DNA of 64,000 nt. Origin: an uncultured delta proteobacterium. GTDB taxonomy: Bacteria; Desulfobacterota; Binatia; UBA9968. This document shows, piece after piece, positions 60,711 to 64,000 of the stretch. A program made the position numbers and the translations under genes. The stretch's first letter is position 1. Each line of letters begins with the position of its first letter. The DNA lies in assembly GCA_963840855.1 (NCBI GenBank), contig CAWJBB010000081.1, positions 1 to 64,000 on the forward strand. Reading direction: 5' to 3'. The notes beneath the pieces were generated by a model. That model saw nothing but the letters and a program-made list of their open reading frames with translations, was not told the origin of the DNA and ran no database searches.

Positions 60711-61298
60711 TCAAGCCAACAGTTTTATCCGCTCATAATCTTTTTGATCGTCGATATCCATGAACGGCGCTTCTTCGTTCCATTGGACGAGTTCGAGCCG
60801 GTCTTGGTATTTTTCAATCACCGCTCGTCCGCCGCGGTCGCCCTCGAGCTTGAGCAGCTCGGGAAAGAGTTCGCGGCGAAACAGCGCGGGGTTTCGAACC
60901 TGTCCTTGAAAAGTTGGCGCGATAATCGGCGCTGAAACCCTGTTGAAACGCTCGATGAGCGCGTTGATCAGTTCGCTGCTGATCAACGGCTGGTGACCGA
61001 CGGCGAATAGGGCTGCGTCGGCCTTCGAATCGACGGCCCACAGGCCGGTAATTACCGAAGAACTCTGCCCGGCATCGGCGCGGTCGTTGACGAGCCATGA
61101 GAGCCGGTGGTCCGCGACGGAGATATGCGCGCGGACCGCGGCCAAATCGCGCACCACGCAAATGACTTCGATCACTGCCGTTGCCAGTACGCTTTCGAGC
61201 GCCCATTGAAGCACCGGCTTATCGTGGAGCGGCAAGAACAACTTCGGCTGCCCCATTCGTTCGGTCTTCCCGGCGGCCAACACAATCGCAGAGATCAT
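60711..61298 (-). CDS. mocA: Molybdenum cofactor cytidylyltransferase-like nucleotidyltransferase
   Basis: IVLAAG..RMGQPKL, GQSSS, NPALF, GDRGGR, DIDD. Confidence 0.85.
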   Translation of the reverse strand: MISAIVLAAGKTERMGQPKLFLPLHDKPVLQWALESVLATAVIEVICVVRDLAAVRAHISVADHRLSWLVNDRADAGQSSSVITGLWAVDSKADAALFAVGHQPLISSELINALIERFNRVSAPIIAPTFQGQVRNPALFRRELFPELLKLEGDRGGRAVIEKYQDRLELVQWNEEAPFMDIDDQKDYERIKLLA

Positions 61299-61423
61299 AG
61301 CGAGGCGTCCTCTATACTTGAAAGTTTTCGCAGCTTGCGCAAATTTTATTCCGAGATTTTGTGACCGAGGGTGTCTTCGCGAAATAGATTCTCACCACGA
61401 AGGCACGCCTTCCGCTCGGGCAT

Positions 61424-61505
61424 GTTCCAAACGTTCAAATCGGTCAATACGTTCAAGTTGTGCAACGAACCCATATCGCTCGGGCGGCTTGAACTCCTCG
61501 AACCG
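61424..61505. repeat. Degenerate 9-mer GTTCAA array with inverted copies
   Basis: GTTCCAAAC GTTCAAATC GGTCAATAC GTTCAAG ... CTTGAAC TCCTCGAAC. Confidence 0.55.
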
Positions 61506-61518
61506 GCCGCGCTCAACG

Positions 61519-61612
61519 TTGCAAGGTGAAAAAGCATCGTGGTCTTGCCGCCGGCGCCGATGAAGGAAACCATTTCTCCGGCCTGGATGCCCAGCGACTC
61601 CGCGAGAATCAT
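61519..61612 (-). pseudogene. yqeC: N-terminal remnant of YqeC (selenium-dependent molybdenum hydroxylase accessory protein)
   Basis: MILAESLGIQAGEMVSFIGAGGKTTMLFHLA, directly upstream of mocA; similarity stops after about 31 codons. Confidence 0.7.
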
Positions 61613-61748
61613 CGCCCCTCACGTAGCTTGTCTAAGGTCAAATTGCAACTATTTTTTATACGTTTTCATGAGTCCCTAATTGACACAGGAGAGAGCTTTG
61701 AGCTTCGTGAACTTGAATCATCCGCGGCTTTTCGCTAACGTCCGCCTC

Positions 61749-62240
61749 ATGCCGCGCCGTTTTAGCATCGAAGTTGCCAAGGACTATTTCAATTTCGCTT
61801 CCGCGCATTTTCTTATTTTCGCCAACGGACGGAGAGAAGCGCTGCACGGTCATAACTACCAGGTCTCAGTGGCGGTGGAAGGCGAACTGGACCGGGCGGG
61901 AGTGGTTTTGGACTTTATTACATTCAAGCCGTTGGTGAAGCGCGTTTGCGACGATCTCGACCACCGGACTTTGATCCAAAGCGAAAACCCTATTTTGACG
62001 CTTCGGAAAAGAGGAGCAGGCATCGAGATATTTTACAAAAAACAAAAACTGCTCTTGCCGAAAAGCGATGTAATTCTCCTTCCTCTCGCGAACACGAGCA
62101 CGGAGCTGCTCGCCGAGTATATCGCCAAGCAAATTAACCGCCGCGTGCGTCAGACCTTTTCTGCGACAAAGTTGAAATACATGGAAGTCGTGGTGGAGGA
62201 AGCGCGCGGCCAGCGGGGCATCTTTCGCGGCGAGTTTTAA
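61749..62240 (+). CDS. queD: 6-carboxytetrahydropterin synthase / PTPS family
   Basis: FASAHF, LHGHNY, LDF, LDHR, TSTELLA. Confidence 0.88.
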   Translation: MPRRFSIEVAKDYFNFASAHFLIFANGRREALHGHNYQVSVAVEGELDRAGVVLDFITFKPLVKRVCDDLDHRTLIQSENPILTLRKRGAGIEIFYKKQKLLLPKSDVILLPLANTSTELLAEYIAKQINRRVRQTFSATKLKYMEVVVEEARGQRGIFRGEF

Positions 62241-62251
62241 CGACGCGACCA

Positions 62252-62382
62252 GTTCCAGTCGTTCAAGCCGTTCAAAACGTTAGCCCGAAAACTTGAAATT
62301 GGAGTCTCGCATCGATCGGAATAGAGTATCGTCAGCACTGCTGGGCGGACGTCTTTTCCGACGGCTTGAACGTTTTGAACGG
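62252..62382. repeat. 9-mer GTTCAA array with inverted copies between convergent genes
   Basis: GTTCCAGTC GTTCAAGCC GTTCAAAAC ... GGCTTGAAC GTTTTGAAC. Confidence 0.65.
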
Positions 62383-62390
62383 AGGTTTAG

Positions 62391-63335
62391 TCAAGCCTGG
62401 AATCCGCGCCGCCATAGTTCGGCTACTTTGTCGAGGTCACCCGCCGGCAAAGTCACGTCGGCGCCAGCCGCGTTCTCGCGCATCTGCGCGGCGTTGCGCG
62501 CGCCGGGGATCGTGATGCTGACGGCGGGATGGGCGACGCAAAAGGCGATCGCCGCCTGGACCAGGGACTGGACTGGGCCGTGAACCAGGAACCGCAATTG
62601 TTCGGCTTTAGCCAGCTCCTTACGAAAAGCCTCGCCTTTGAAGCTCCGCGCCCGCACATCTTCGCCCTGAAATCTTTGTTCGTCGGCCGCGGTCATTTTG
62701 CCGGTTAAAATTCCGCGCTTGAGCGGGACCCGCGCGATGATGCCGACATTCGCCGCTTGCGCGAGCGAAAAGAATGCTGCCGCCGGCTCCTGAGCCAACA
62801 GATTATACTCGGTCTGGATCGTCTCGGAACGGCCATCCTTTACCGCTGCGATTCCTTCTTCCATGGTATTGATGGAAACGCCGTAGTGGCGGATCTTGCC
62901 TTCCTTTTTGCGCCGTTCGAGCACCTCCCAGACCTCGCCCCCCTCGATCACGTCAACGGTGGGATTGTGCAACTGGTAGAGATCGATGTAGTCGGTCTGG
63001 AGCCGCTTCAAGCTTTCGTGCAGCACGCCGTCGATATATTCCGGGGTGAAGATTCTCTTGCCGCGGTTCGGCCCGGTCATGACGTTGCCGCCCTTGGTGG
63101 CGATGATCACCTTATCGCGGCGCCCTTTTAGAGCGTTGCCAAGGAGGGTTTCGGCATAGCCCGCGCCGTAAGCATCCGAGGTGTCGATGAAATTGACTCC
63201 TAATTCCAATGCCGCATCGATGGCGCTCAGGGACTCTTCATCCTTCATCGGTCCGAAGTGGCCCGCATGGACCATGGTGCCCAGACCAACTGTGCTGACA
63301 TTTAATCCGGTTTTTCCCAATATTTTGTACTTCAT
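62391..63335 (-). CDS. Aldo/keto reductase
   Basis: LGKTGLNVS, FIDTSDAYGAG, IATKGG, SLKRLQTDYIDLYQLH. Confidence 0.93.
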   Translation of the reverse strand: MKYKILGKTGLNVSTVGLGTMVHAGHFGPMKDEESLSAIDAALELGVNFIDTSDAYGAGYAETLLGNALKGRRDKVIIATKGGNVMTGPNRGKRIFTPEYIDGVLHESLKRLQTDYIDLYQLHNPTVDVIEGGEVWEVLERRKKEGKIRHYGVSINTMEEGIAAVKDGRSETIQTEYNLLAQEPAAAFFSLAQAANVGIIARVPLKRGILTGKMTAADEQRFQGEDVRARSFKGEAFRKELAKAEQLRFLVHGPVQSLVQAAIAFCVAHPAVSITIPGARNAAQMRENAAGADVTLPAGDLDKVAELWRRGFQA

Positions 63336-63402
63336 GCTCTTACCATAGGATAACTTTCCACATTCTCGCAAGTGCGCGTAATTGAACCAGCGGATAATTC
63401 CG

Positions 63403-63428
63403 GGAACCTTTCACTGGGAAAATCAGTT
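63403..63428 (+). promoter_or_regulatory. SigR/SigH-type ECF promoter (GGAAC-N18-GTT)
   Basis: GGAAC 63403-63407, 18-nt spacer, GTT 63426-63428, 60 nt upstream of the ECF sigma ATG. Confidence 0.55.
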
Positions 63429-63487
63429 GGTCAACTGAAAGCCCGGAATTGGACACCACATTCAGCCTTCGATACAATCGCCGGGTC

Positions 63488-64000
63488 ATGAAAGGGATCA
63501 AGGCTGGCGATCTTGACCGCGAGCGCTTCGCGTCAGAGATCATGACCTATCTCGATCATCTCTACCGGGTGGCTTACTATCTCGTCAAAAACGCCGACGA
63601 GGCGCAAGATTGCGTTCAAGAGACCTGCGTGCGAGCGCTGGGCTCGCGCAGCCAATTTACTCCGGGCACCAATATGAAGGCCTGGTTGACGCGAATTCTT
63701 TATAACTTTTCTTATGATGTCTACGCGCGCAATCGACGAATGGTTTCCGCCGAGGTTCTGATCGAAGCTGGAGAGCAGACTAAAGATTTTTGGGAGACGC
63801 TGCCGACGGCGAACCCCGGCCCCGAAACGATCGCGCTGGAGCGAGAACTGGGAGCGAAAATCGGCGACGCGCTAAGGCGTATTCCCGAGGAGTTTCGCGC
63901 GCCGATCGTTTTGGTGGATATGGGTGATTTATCTTACGCGCAGGCCGCGCAGATTCTTTCCTGTCCTGTCGGCACGATCAGGTCGCGCTTGTCGCGCGGT
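63488..64000 (+). CDS. ECF sigma factor (SigR/SigH-like), runs off the window end
   Basis: LDHLYRVAYYL, AQDCVQET, GTNMKAWLTRILYN, LSYAQAAQILSCPVGTIRSRLSR. Confidence 0.9.
   Translation, partial: MKGIKAGDLDRERFASEIMTYLDHLYRVAYYLVKNADEAQDCVQETCVRALGSRSQFTPGTNMKAWLTRILYNFSYDVYARNRRMVSAEVLIEAGEQTKDFWETLPTANPGPETIALERELGAKIGDALRRIPEEFRAPIVLVDMGDLSYAQAAQILSCPVGTIRSRLSRG

Overview
A GC-rich, gene-dense bacterial chromosomal segment. Gene content and repeat style suggest a Deltaproteobacteria/Candidatus Binatia-like metagenome-assembled genome (inference). Housekeeping and metabolic genes: ybeY, prfB with its programmed +1 frameshift, a pentose-phosphate operon (tkt-rpiB-tal/pgi-gnd-zwf-glk-pgl), thyX-like, hemW, moaB-moaD-moaE, glmU-glmS, galT, rlmE, coxS-coxM-coxG, tenA, frmA, pyrD, mocA, queD. 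Accessory clusters: an ECF sigma-Ogt/Ada(Zn)-2OG oxygenase alkylation-response operon, a cyclodeaminase/M24/isochorismatase catabolic cluster, and an arsenosugar-type cluster (ArsM-like, ArsS, VTT-oxidoreductase fusion, DUF547, two glycosyltransferases). Features the ORF track misses: a UGA-recoded UxxC peroxiredoxin-like selenoprotein with a SECIS-like hairpin; two sigma54-type promoters; a SigR/SigH-type promoter; a switch-like hairpin with a 13-codon ORF before ybeY; modular MITEs in which different IS-like ends carry shared REP-like hairpins; inverted GTTCAA tandem arrays; and three stacked 3' tails of COG2984 solute-binding-protein genes around a Uma2 gene. Many single-base frameshifts, often at homopolymers, suggest consensus sequencing errors. 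No rRNA, tRNA, CRISPR array or intact transposase was seen.
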